Source: Candidatus Methanoperedens sp. | GTDB taxonomy: Archaea > Halobacteriota > Methanosarcinia > Methanosarcinales > Methanoperedenaceae | DNA: 32,000 nt | Assembly (NCBI GenBank): GCA_027460535.1 | Contig: JAPZAR010000036.1 | Span: forward strand, 30,001 to 62,000 | Direction of reading: 5' to 3' | Part shown: positions 15,406 through 23,729 of the stretch, piece after piece | Layout of the letters: each line of letters begins with the position of its first letter | Position numbering within the stretch: position 1 is the first letter of the stretch | Position numbers and translations under genes: made by a program | The notes under the pieces: generated by a model | Seen by the model: only the letters and a program-made list of their open reading frames with translations | Told to the model about the DNA's origin: nothing | Databases searched by the model: none

Positions 15406-15999
15406 ATGGACTCTGAATTGATCGATGAATGGGAAAAGATCGTAGGACATGATAGGATGAAAATGATCTCAAACAAATATTTTAACAGCAGGTTCGATTT
15501 AGAGTTCCCTGATCTCCAGGAGGGCAATTTTAAACATAAAAAATTGAGCATACATTCTGAACTCGAAAATAATGCAAATATGCTAAAAGAATTTGAAAAA
15601 AATGGTTTATTGACCCATAATGAAGTTTCAAGAATGATTGATGTATCAACCCGGAATATTATAAATAAGAGCATGCCTGGTGCGATTTTTGAGAATGTCC
15701 GCAAAACGTTAGATGATGAAATATTGAGAACTATTAAGATTGGGCTGATAGAAATTGAACGAAAAGGTTTACTGACCCACGATGAAGTCTCAAGAATTAT
15801 TAAAGTATTATCCTGGAATCTTGCAGATGAGAGCATGCCTGGTGCTCTTTTTGAGTATGTCCGCATTCTACTGGATAATGAGAGATTTAAGGATCAGGGA
15901 GAGACCAAGCGTCTTGAATTGGTGATCAGGTACATCAGAGAGAGTCTGGTCATTGAGGAGGAAAAACTTGTCAATGAGGAGGAAAAAAGGTTAGAGTAG
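15406..15999 (+). CDS. Hypothetical acidic protein with two ~55-aa internal repeats
   Basis: The repeats are KNGLLTHNEVSRMIDVSTRNIINKSMPGAIFENVRKTLDDE and KGLLTHDEVSRIIKVLSWNLADESMPGALFEYVRILLDNE, with a 165-nt period. I prefer it over the antisense ORF 15342-15866, which is low-complexity. Confidence 0.5.
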   Translation: MDSELIDEWEKIVGHDRMKMISNKYFNSRFDLEFPDLQEGNFKHKKLSIHSELENNANMLKEFEKNGLLTHNEVSRMIDVSTRNIINKSMPGAIFENVRKTLDDEILRTIKIGLIEIERKGLLTHDEVSRIIKVLSWNLADESMPGALFEYVRILLDNERFKDQGETKRLELVIRYIRESLVIEEEKLVNEEEKRLE

Positions 16000-16569
16000 T
16001 TATTTTCGAATCAATTTTATGTTGAAACTGCAATTGGCGTGATCTCCTTTTTCAAATTGGTCAACACTCCCAAATCGTTTTACTATGTTTTTGATCACAG
16101 GTTCGCAGGTGATCTCACAATTTTTCTTCTCACACGGAGTTCTTTTTTCTATGTCCATGTTGATCCTGATCCCTTCCTTGATTTTTCTTGCATTATGATT
16201 TACTTTGAAATCAGCTTCTAGACAATAATTTAAAATATATCCAATCCCATCCCCGAAATCCCTGATCTTTTCAGGAACTTTTCCTTTGATTGAATCCAGC
16301 TTATCACTAATGTCCAGAATTTCGCTCCCGAAAGGAGATATCACATATATTGAGTGTGGTTCGACGATAATGGCTTCGCTTTCAAACTTAATAACCAGAC
16401 GAGATGAAACAAGGTCTGTAAGCGCCTCTGAGATTCTTTCTTTGCTGATATCCAGATCATCTGATAGATCGCGGACCCGACAGGATTTCATGCAAAGCTT
16501 TTCTAAAATGTCTACTCTGCTATTCCTGCTGAGTTTTTTGGAGAGGTCTATCAGGGATTCGGTGGACAT
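16000..16569 (-). CDS. Putative winged-helix (ArsR/MarR-like) transcriptional regulator with a Cys-containing C-terminal domain
   Basis: The N-terminal region RVDILEKLCMKSCRVRDLSDDLDISKERISEALTDLVSSRLV looks like a wHTH. The stop codon abuts the stop of the convergent gene at 15999. Confidence 0.5.
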   Translation of the reverse strand: MSTESLIDLSKKLSRNSRVDILEKLCMKSCRVRDLSDDLDISKERISEALTDLVSSRLVIKFESEAIIVEPHSIYVISPFGSEILDISDKLDSIKGKVPEKIRDFGDGIGYILNYCLEADFKVNHNARKIKEGIRINMDIEKRTPCEKKNCEITCEPVIKNIVKRFGSVDQFEKGDHANCSFNIKLIRK

Positions 16570-17253
16570 GATGTTGTGGATATAATATGAGTTTTTGGTA
16601 TATATACCGATGATGTTGATATAGATTGCCGGGATACATTTGATAGTAGAATCGTTTCAATATATTTAGGAGCGAACACCATATGATCCGTACCCTGCGA
16701 CAGATAGTTCTGATGGCTTATGACAGAGACCTGGCGGGTATCGTTTTGGGGCATCTCGCCCGCATAATAACTATAAATAATCCCCTCGCAGTGCCCCAGT
16801 TGACCCAACTGGGCGCCCAGGCAGTGAGCAACTGCAAGCATCAGGGAAATAAGCTAACCGACGGTTGTCGGAGCAGAGCGACGACTACCGCCCAGGCAGC
16901 AGGCGAATTACCGCAGGAGGTGGTTATTCACCGTGAACTAAACCCCTGGCAATTACGCCCGGAGGGCGCGCTGGTCATGTCGAGGTCAGGTTTTAATGAA
17001 TGATTCTTAAGATAGATGACACAATTAAGAGGGAGATTGAAGCAAGGTGAGTGGAGAAGTATTCGAGGGGGCGGCGACCCTTATTATGACAGGAATATAA
17101 TTTTTGTATTGTTTAGCTCAGACACAATTCCTGTCTGAGTAGCTTTTCAAGGTTTTCAAACCCATTCTTGCCCTGCAACCTGCAAAGTAGCTAATAAGGA
17201 TGCAATATACTGATAATTCTCAGCCCATTTTCCGACCGGAAACACAATGATCT

Positions 17254-17435
17254 TTCCGCGCCCCCCTAGTAGAATCCGCGGCACATATCATCGTGGCCCA
17301 TAATCACCCATCTGGGCGATACCAGGTCGATCAGAGAAGATGTGGCTCACCAAGATGCTGGTAGAGACAGGCATCGATGTGCTTGATCATGTGGATATCT
17401 GCGATGGCATGCACTTCAGCATGAAAGGAGGCTGG
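17254..17435 (+). pseudogene. RadC-like JAB/MPN-domain gene remnant with at least two frameshifts and an upstream stop
   Basis: Manual translation across three frames gives FRAPLVESAAHIIVAHNHPSG / DTRSIREDVA / LTKMLVETGIDVLDHVDICDGMHFSMKGG. This matches the RadC signature HNHPSG..PS..D...T..L......I.vLDH.I.g....S. HNHPSG is at 17299-17316. Confidence 0.6.
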
Positions 17436-17752
17436 GCATGTATGACCAGGACGACATCAACAAACATTGTGAGTGCAGCACCTTGTTTTGTGCAGAGTGC
17501 GCATATTCTTCCGACCCCAATATTTCATAATCAGGTTGACACGCAGGGGTCATGAAGGCTGAAGCAGGCTTTTTAAAGAGCTGCTCTTGGCGTGAAGATA
17601 ATGAATTTTGGGATAGTGGCATTTATCTAGAAGTCCTTTAGAAATTATAACAGCCAAAAAGCAGATTTGCTTCCCCCAAATATGGGGATTAGACACTAAT
17701 CTTAATACTTCGCAAACACACGTTATACGCCATTGCAGGCAAGTAGGAAAAC

Positions 17753-18589
17753 ATGAGATCAGTAATCTTTCAGGTAGATGCATTCACAGATAAACCATTT
17801 ACAGGCAACCCTGCTGCGGTTTGCATACTGCCCGAACCGCGAGATGAATGTTGGATGCAGAAAGTAGCGCAAGAAATGAACGTATCAGAGACTGCTTTCC
17901 TTTATAGGCAAAAAGATAGCTTCAATCTGCGCTGGTTTACCCCGGCAGTTGAAGTTGACCTCTGTGGTCATGCAACATTGGCAAGTGCGCATGTATTATG
18001 GGAAGCAGGTTACATGAAGCCAGACCAGCAAGTGCGCTTTTATACACGCAGCGGGCTTCTGACGGCTGAACACAATGGCGATTGGATCGAACTTGATTTC
18101 CCAGCCGAACCAGAAGAGCAGGTAGCTCCTCCACTCGGTCTTGCCAGAGCATTGGGAGTTACGCCGAAATATGTCGGTAAAAACCGATTTGGTTATCTTG
18201 TGGAAGTAGACTCAGAGGAGACAGTACGGAACTTGAAGCCGAACTTCGGTTTACTCAGCGAAATTTCAGCCGAAGGGGTCATAGTTACTAGCCTTGCTGC
18301 TACCCAAAGCTATGATTTCGTCTCCCGTTTTTTCGCGCCGAAGTTAGGGATTAATGAGGATCCAGTCACGGGATCTGCTCACTGCTGCTTAGGCCCCTTT
18401 TGGAGGAAACATCTTAATAAAAATGAGTTCATAGCCTATCAAGCTTCTGGACGTGGTGGTGTCGTGCGTGTTCGCTTGAGTGGGAAGCGGGTTTATCCCG
18501 GGGGACAGGCAGTCACGGTTCTTCGTGGAGAGCTCACACGATCGCTGTCACGGACTGCCGGAATGAGTTCCGATGCATCAGAGCGCTGA
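17753..18589 (+). CDS. PhzF-family isomerase (phenazine biosynthesis-like protein, YddE/PhzF superfamily)
   Basis: 278 aa: FQVDAFTDKPFTGNPAAVCIL...ETAFL...LRWFTPAVEVDLCGHATLASAHVLWE...DPVTGSAHCCLGPFW. The last ~14 codons and the stop lie inside dispersed repeat copy A. Confidence 0.8.
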   Translation: MRSVIFQVDAFTDKPFTGNPAAVCILPEPRDECWMQKVAQEMNVSETAFLYRQKDSFNLRWFTPAVEVDLCGHATLASAHVLWEAGYMKPDQQVRFYTRSGLLTAEHNGDWIELDFPAEPEEQVAPPLGLARALGVTPKYVGKNRFGYLVEVDSEETVRNLKPNFGLLSEISAEGVIVTSLAATQSYDFVSRFFAPKLGINEDPVTGSAHCCLGPFWRKHLNKNEFIAYQASGRGGVVRVRLSGKRVYPGGQAVTVLRGELTRSLSRTAGMSSDASER

Positions 18590-18599
18590 TTGCTCGAGG
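18547..18599. repeat. Dispersed ~53-nt palindrome-containing repeat, copy A (diverged)
   Basis: gtcacggactgccggaatgagttccgatgcatcagagcgctgattgctcgagg aligns with copies B and C at roughly 80 percent by eye. Confidence 0.6.
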
Positions 18600-18814
18600 G
18601 TTTGGCGTCTCTGGTAATTTGCTGGGATTCTGTGTTTTTATTCAGGCGTAGGTTAATAAAATAAAAAAGATGCTTTTTTATACAGAATAAACCTTAGGTT
18701 GTTTATCTAATCGGTAGTGATAATACGGCTTGGTATGAAAAAGAAAAACAAGAAAAATCTGAATTATCTAATGAAATAGGGAAAACTCAAGAATCTACCG
18801 ATAAAACTGGGGAA

Positions 18815-19693
18815 TTGGAGAAAGAAAAGAATGGAGTAATTTCTAAAATCAAATATCTTGAAAAAAATTATTCTTCTGGAGACCTACTTGATGAAGAATA
18901 TGAAGAACTTAGGAAACCGCTTGTTGACACGGTTAAAAAGCTCGATGAAGAGCTAAAAATATTTAGCGGGAAAGAATCAGAAGATCCAACTTTGTTATGG
19001 ACTTATAAACAAGGTTACGATATTGTTCGCATAATTTTTTCTATGATTTTTGGTGCTTTTATATTTGTTATTATCATTATTCCTTTTATCGCCTTTATAA
19101 GTGGTGGTTCCAATGAAATAATTAACAAATTAGCACCAATTATCTCTTTTATAGGAGCTTTAATTGGAGCTTTTTTGGCAGTTGATCACCGTATTTCATT
19201 TACTTCTATCTCTTCTGATGGCAAATATATAGCAGCAACATATGCTAAAGGAAGTTTCTATGACGATGCCCTCATCTTCAACAAAGATGGAAAGCTCTTG
19301 TGGTGGGATGATGTTTACCGAACCTCCATTTCTCATTCTTCAGATGGCTCTAGCATAGCTATAGGCACTCAAAATAATCTAAAATTATTCGATATTAATG
19401 GTAAACTCTTATGCAAATATATGCGACAAGGCTTCGTACAATGTATCTCTATATCTTCTGATGGTAGCTTTATAGCGGCGGTTTTTAATCTTGGTGGAGA
19501 AGAATGTGATAAGAATAAGATTTTTCTGTTTGATCGACAGGGAACTAGCTTATGGGACTACGATATTATCTCACTTAAAGAAACTGTAGTATCAATTCCA
19601 TCTGATGGTTCATTTGTAGCTGTAATCTCTGGTAATGATATTTACTTATTTGATAGACAAGGAAGGGTTCTATGGAAACATAAAACAGATTGA
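18815..19693 (+). CDS. Membrane-anchored beta-propeller repeat protein (PQQ/WD40-like SSDG..I..G repeats), N-terminal half with blades 1-4; ends at an in-frame TGA
   Basis: It has a coiled-coil N-terminus and two hydrophobic helices. Four repeats of the type ISSDGSxIAxxxxxxxIxLFDxxGxxLW follow. The only available start is TTG at 18815. An in-frame TAG lies about 32 codons upstream of that TTG, with no ATG or GTG in between. Confidence 0.55.
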   Translation: MEKEKNGVISKIKYLEKNYSSGDLLDEEYEELRKPLVDTVKKLDEELKIFSGKESEDPTLLWTYKQGYDIVRIIFSMIFGAFIFVIIIIPFIAFISGGSNEIINKLAPIISFIGALIGAFLAVDHRISFTSISSDGKYIAATYAKGSFYDDALIFNKDGKLLWWDDVYRTSISHSSDGSSIAIGTQNNLKLFDINGKLLCKYMRQGFVQCISISSDGSFIAAVFNLGGEECDKNKIFLFDRQGTSLWDYDIISLKETVVSIPSDGSFVAVISGNDIYLFDRQGRVLWKHKTD

Positions 19694-19705
19694 GACGTTC
19701 ATTTA

Positions 19706-20164
19706 ATGGCCATCTCTTCAGATGGCACCCGCATAGCAGCAGGTTCTGAAAGGGAAGTTCTTTTATTCAGTGATAAAGGTGCACATTTGTGGAGCTATCT
19801 TGCAGAAAGCCGGATGCTATGTATTTCTATCTCCTCTAATAGTTCATATGTAGTAGTTGGGTCACAGGATAATAACATATATCTATTTAATAAAAAAGGA
19901 GAAATTCTATGGAAATACAAAACAGGTGACATGGTTAATAGTGTCACAATTTCATCTGATAGCTCATATATAGTAGCCGGATCTAAAGACAGAAGCATTT
20001 ATTTTTTTAATAAAAATGGAGAGCTTCTATGGAAATACAAAATAGGTGGGAACGTTCATAGCGTTTCAGTTTCGTCAGATGGTTCATATATAGTAGCAGG
20101 GTCCCAAAAAGGGATTTACTTTTTCAAATTCGACATAGAGAGAGCCAGGAAATTAAAGACTTAG
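19706..20164 (+). CDS. Beta-propeller repeat protein, C-terminal half with blades 5-8; same frame as 18815-19693
   Basis: Four further repeats are present: ISSDGTRIAAGS..., ISISSNSSYVVVGSQDNNIYLFNKKGEILWKYKTG, and similar. It sits in the same reading frame as the upstream ORF, separated only by TGA plus four codons. Confidence 0.55.
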   Translation: MAISSDGTRIAAGSEREVLLFSDKGAHLWSYLAESRMLCISISSNSSYVVVGSQDNNIYLFNKKGEILWKYKTGDMVNSVTISSDSSYIVAGSKDRSIYFFNKNGELLWKYKIGGNVHSVSVSSDGSYIVAGSQKGIYFFKFDIERARKLKT

Positions 20165-20264
20165 TACAGGTTTTTCCATTATCCAAAGTGCGCTGAATTT
20201 TGGGATTTGGAAAGTTGTGCAGGCTGCCTATAGTCTTTTATGAGCATGAAAACTAATTGCCTTC

Positions 20265-20318
20265 AGTCACAGATCGCCGGAATGAATTCCGAACGCATCG
20301 GGTGAGGATGCTCGATGG
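20265..20318. repeat. Dispersed ~53-nt repeat, copy B
   Basis: agtcacagatcgccggaatgaattccgaacgcatcgggtgaggatgctcgatgg. It contains the palindrome CGGAATgaATTCCG and the hairpin GCATCgggtgagGATGC. Weaker similarity extends about 20 nt upstream (agcatgaaaa...). Confidence 0.7.
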
Positions 20319-20458
20319 TTCAGGATTCAAGATGCAGCTAACGTTTTTTCGATTTTTTTGCGGCGCCGGACTTCATACGGAAAGGTCTCTGAACGCTAGG
20401 ATGGCCATAATCTCTAAATATTATATGAAATATTCTGCAAAGGTGAGGCTATAGAATT

Positions 20459-21181
20459 GTGACAGAATTCAATAAATCTAAGTGGGCAAAAGCTGAGTTT
20501 TCTCAAGAATACATAGAAAATTCGGATATCTATATCGTAGAGCGGAGGAGGTTGCTTGAGATTCTGAGATCTTTTTACAACCATTTCATTAACAACAAAC
20601 CAAAAATTAACATTCTTGATCTTGGATGTGGAGACGGGATTATTACTCATGAGCTTTTGAAAGTTAATAACTCGATATCAACCACTCTGATAGATGGTTC
20701 GGAGGATATGCTCAATAAAGCTAGAAAGCGTCTAAATGGTTTTAATCATACTCATTTTATTAAAGCAAGTTTTCAAGAGATTATTGATAAAAACCTTGTG
20801 CAAGGGAATTTTGATTTTATAGTTTCTTCACTCGCAATACATCATTTAACAATGGATGAGAAAAAAGCAATATTCAGGAGTATCTATTCCCATTTGGATA
20901 CCGATGGGTACTTTCTAAACATTGATGCAGTCCTTGCTCCAGCAAAAGCCCTTGAGCGATGGTATCTCTTGCTTTGGAAAGAATGGATTGATGAAAGAAA
21001 AACCTTCTTAAAAATAGAAGGTAATTATTTTGAGGAGATCATCCAAAGATATAAAGACCTTGTGGAAAACAAACCTGATACTTTGGATGCTCAGATTGGC
21101 GCTTTAAAATTTATCGGCTTCAAAGATGTGGATTGCTTCTATAAATATGGAATATTTACAATGTATGGTGGCAAAAAATAG
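20459..21181 (+). CDS. Class I SAM-dependent methyltransferase
   Basis: 240 aa with motif I ILDLGCGDGIITHELL, then LIDGSEDML and a post-I acidic residue pattern. It uses a GTG start with SD AGGTGAGG upstream. Confidence 0.75.
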   Translation: MTEFNKSKWAKAEFSQEYIENSDIYIVERRRLLEILRSFYNHFINNKPKINILDLGCGDGIITHELLKVNNSISTTLIDGSEDMLNKARKRLNGFNHTHFIKASFQEIIDKNLVQGNFDFIVSSLAIHHLTMDEKKAIFRSIYSHLDTDGYFLNIDAVLAPAKALERWYLLLWKEWIDERKTFLKIEGNYFEEIIQRYKDLVENKPDTLDAQIGALKFIGFKDVDCFYKYGIFTMYGGKK

Positions 21182-21433
21182 TATGCAGGATCTTCAGATA
21201 ACTAATTTTATCGACTGAACAATAATATCAGCGCAGAAGAAAATGACCGTTTCAATTCATGACGACATGTTAATGCCTCCATAATCTTTTTTGGGTAGCG
21301 TGGTAACGGTCCGATTACCAACATGACCACCTCGGTCGACTTGGTGACTGGACCTTTCCGCGCAGCTGTCGATGTGCATAAAACAACATGCGAATGGCTG
21401 TATGCAGCGAAAAACCCCCAGAGAGGTAAAACA

Positions 21434-21873
21434 ATGGAGAAAAAATACGTTGGAATAGACATCCATCGAGACTATTGAGTAGCCTGTGTCCAGGATCAGA
21501 AAGGAGAAATAGTATGAATTTCGGTTTGGAAACAATATAGAAGCAATAAATAAAGTCAAAGAGAAGCTGGGGAACAACAATTCACATATCGCAATAGAAT
21601 CCACCGGGAACATGTGGGTAGTATTGTGGGATAAGCTTGAGGAGATCGAATCTGATCTTCATCTTGTCCATCCTCTCAAGACAAAGGCGATAGCATCGAA
21701 CAAATTAAATAACGATAAACTTGATGCTAAGTTGTTCGCAAAATTGTTAAGAGGCGATATGTTGGTATGCTCGTATGTTCCTCACCGAAGACGTGCGGGA
21801 TAAGAGAGAAACTGTCAGGCTCAGAGCTTCATTAGTAAGGATGAGAACGCAAGCAACAAACAAGATATGGTCT
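21434..21873 (+). mobile_element. Decayed and truncated IS110-family (DEDD) transposase gene, N-terminal domain only
   Basis: Reading across frames gives MEKKYVGIDIHRDY* / EFRFGNNIEAINKVKEKLGNNNSHIAIESTGNMWVVLWDKLEEIESDLHLVHPLKTKAIASNKLNNDKLDAKLFAKLLRGDMLVCSYVP / EDVRDKRETVRLRASLVRMRTQATNKIW. This fits the IS110 N-terminal pattern (vGIDv.K, E.TG, K.D..DA, vP....lR.L.R.R..L). There is one in-frame stop and two frameshifts, and the C-terminal domain is absent. Confidence 0.7.
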
Positions 21874-22216
21874 TTTCTTATTGGTGTTTTGGGTCTGGCA
21901 CTATTCGGATTGTCTTTTTACGCGGGGAGGCAGCTATTGAAAGGCACGTCCGAAGGGGTCAAACTGTCCATGTGGGCACTGCCTGCCGGTTGTAATTTTG
22001 AAAGGATTTTAATTGAAATTGAATCAAAAATGGTACAAAAAAAAAGTAACAATTGTTATATTCATATATATTATCTATATCATAATGGTTAACACCGTTA
22101 ACCGTGGAATGGATGCCTCATAATAGCAGAGGCAGGCTATAACATACTGCAGAAGTAGTGGTAGATTACCTTTGCCGAGCATCTAACGAAATACGAAATG
22201 AATAGGAGGTAAAAAA

Positions 22217-23587
22217 ATGAAATATTTAGTCCGGTTGCTAGCAGTACTGGCAATCTTATTGTTGGCAGGAAGCGCAGGCGCGGCGCCGTTTGCATATATC
22301 ACGAACCTTGGCGGCCACAGTGTCTCTGTGATTGACATAGCAACGAACACTGTTACAGCCACCATGACTGTAGGACCCAGTCCTTATGGAGTTGCAGTCA
22401 ACCCGGCGGGAACAAAGGTATATGTGACGAACGAAAACGACCACAATGTCTCTGTGATTGATACTGCCACGAACACTGTTACAGCAACCGTGAATGTAGG
22501 AAGCACTCCTTGGGGAGTTGCAGTCAACCCGGCGGGAACAAAGGTATACGTGGCGAACTATAACAGCAACAGCGTCTCTGTGATTGATACAGGCACGAAC
22601 ACTGTTACAGCCACCGTGCCTGTAGGAAGCGGTCCTTATGGAGTTGCAGTCAACCCGGCGGGAACAAAGGTATACGTGGCGAACTATAACAGCAACAGCG
22701 TCTCTGTTATTGATACAGGCACGAACACTGTTACAGCCACCGTGCCTGTAGGAAGCGGTCCTTATGGAGTTGCAGTCAACCCGGCGGGAACAAAGGTATA
22801 CGTGACGAACAATAACAACAACAGCGTCTCTGTGATTGACATAGGCACGAACACTGTTACAGCCACCGTAAATGTAGGAAGCTATCCTTCTGGAGTTGCA
22901 GTAAACCCGGCTGGAACAAAGGTATACGTGACGAACGAATTTAGCAACAACGTATCTGTTATTGACACAGCCACGAACGCTGTTACAGCAACCGTGAAAG
23001 TAGGAAGCTATCCTGTTGGAGTCGCAGTAAACCCGGCGGGAACAAAGGTATACGTGGCGAACTATTTCAACAACAATGTCTCCGTTATTGATACTGCCAC
23101 GAACACTGTCACAGCCAGCGTGAATGTAGGAGGACAGCCTATTGCTTTCGGTCAGTTTATAGGTCCTGAGGCAGGCTCGACTGTGGGCTACAGCGCCACT
23201 GTCGTAGGCGGACAGAACACTTATGTCCAGGCATCCAACGGCAACTTTGGCACAATACTTGCAGGACAGAGCAAAATAATCAATAACTCTGTTACCCTGA
23301 ACAACACGGGCGATGCGACCGCCACCGTTGATGCAAGGTTGAGTGACAATGCTGGCGGTGTGTATGGACTTGTAAGTGGAAGCAACGTTCTCGGAGGTTC
23401 TAACTTTTCCCTTGCAATCACCAATACTGGAAACTGGACATCATTAAATGATGCCGGGACGAATGCCAGGGTTGCAACTGCGCCTGGCTTTGGCGCTTTA
23501 ACAATACTTAACGCAAGACTCTTCGTGCCTCAAATGCAGCCGGGAGGAGCGTACAGCGGAACCGTGATTCTGACCTTTGGAAATTAG
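22217..23587 (+). CDS. Secreted 7-blade YVTN beta-propeller protein with an unassigned ~140-aa C-terminal beta-rich module
   Basis: The signal peptide is MKYLVRLLAVLAILLLAGSAGA. Seven 42-aa repeats follow: VYV(T/A)Nxxxx(N/S)VSVIDTATNTVTATVxVGSxPxGVAVNPAGTK. The C-terminal module starts GSTVGYSATVVGGQNTYVQ and ends AYSGTVILTFGN. SD AGGAGGT is present. Confidence 0.85.
   Translation: MKYLVRLLAVLAILLLAGSAGAAPFAYITNLGGHSVSVIDIATNTVTATMTVGPSPYGVAVNPAGTKVYVTNENDHNVSVIDTATNTVTATVNVGSTPWGVAVNPAGTKVYVANYNSNSVSVIDTGTNTVTATVPVGSGPYGVAVNPAGTKVYVANYNSNSVSVIDTGTNTVTATVPVGSGPYGVAVNPAGTKVYVTNNNNNSVSVIDIGTNTVTATVNVGSYPSGVAVNPAGTKVYVTNEFSNNVSVIDTATNAVTATVKVGSYPVGVAVNPAGTKVYVANYFNNNVSVIDTATNTVTASVNVGGQPIAFGQFIGPEAGSTVGYSATVVGGQNTYVQASNGNFGTILAGQSKIINNSVTLNNTGDATATVDARLSDNAGGVYGLVSGSNVLGGSNFSLAITNTGNWTSLNDAGTNARVATAPGFGALTILNARLFVPQMQPGGAYSGTVILTFGN
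22283..23167. repeat. 126-nt coding tandem repeat array (7 YVTN blades); units 22541-22666 and 22667-22792 differ at 1 nt
   Basis: Direct reading shows the two adjacent units are identical except gtgattgat versus gttattgat. Confidence 0.85.
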
Positions 23588-23611
23588 GTGTAACAGCACC
23601 TGATTTCCATA

Positions 23612-23618
23612 TTTTTTT
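23612..23618 (+). terminator. Oligo-T run (T7) 25 nt after the stop of gene 22217-23587; candidate archaeal terminator
   Basis: taggtgtaacagcacctgatttccatattttttt. The same 3-prime flank is duplicated after the paralog. Confidence 0.35.
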
Positions 23619-23729
23619 AGGTGAGAGTATGAGAAAAATCTCGACATATCTATTGTGCAGGGTGAGCATATGGGAATTACAGCGGGATGGTAATAGTGAC
23701 GTTTCGAATAATGTTTAGGAGGTAAAAAA

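Noticed and set aside
15342-15866. Minus-strand ORF 15342-15866 (174 aa)
   Set aside because: It is antisense to the internally repeated gene 15406-15999. It is Ser/Ile-rich low-complexity sequence whose own apparent repeat only mirrors the plus-strand repeat.
16683-17003. ORF 16683-17003, considered as a KlcA/ArdB-type antirestriction remnant because such genes often precede RadC-like genes
   Set aside because: Only a faint resemblance exists (MAYDRDLAGIVLGHLA versus my recollection of the family motif MSADAAGIVATLFAL). That is not enough without an HMM search. The region is left as unassigned GC-rich DNA.
19691-19693. The in-frame TGA in the propeller gene read as selenocysteine
   Set aside because: The aligned position in sister blades is Gly, not Cys. 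No SECIS-like structure was recognised nearby, and no Sec machinery is visible in the window. A GGA-to-TGA nonsense change is the simpler explanation. It is kept as a finding, but not as recoding.
20257-20454. ORF 20257-20454 (65 aa) overlapping dispersed repeat copy B
   Set aside because: The corresponding reading frame is not preserved in repeat copy C because of a 1-nt indel. It has no SD and an arginine-rich, junk-like composition.
21775-22092. ORF 21775-22092 (105 aa), plus the antisense ORFs 21208-21462 and 21257-21613
   Set aside because: The first ~30 codons are simply one frame of the decayed IS110 transposase, which then reads on into non-coding DNA. The antisense ORFs overlap the same pseudogene region and have no independent support.
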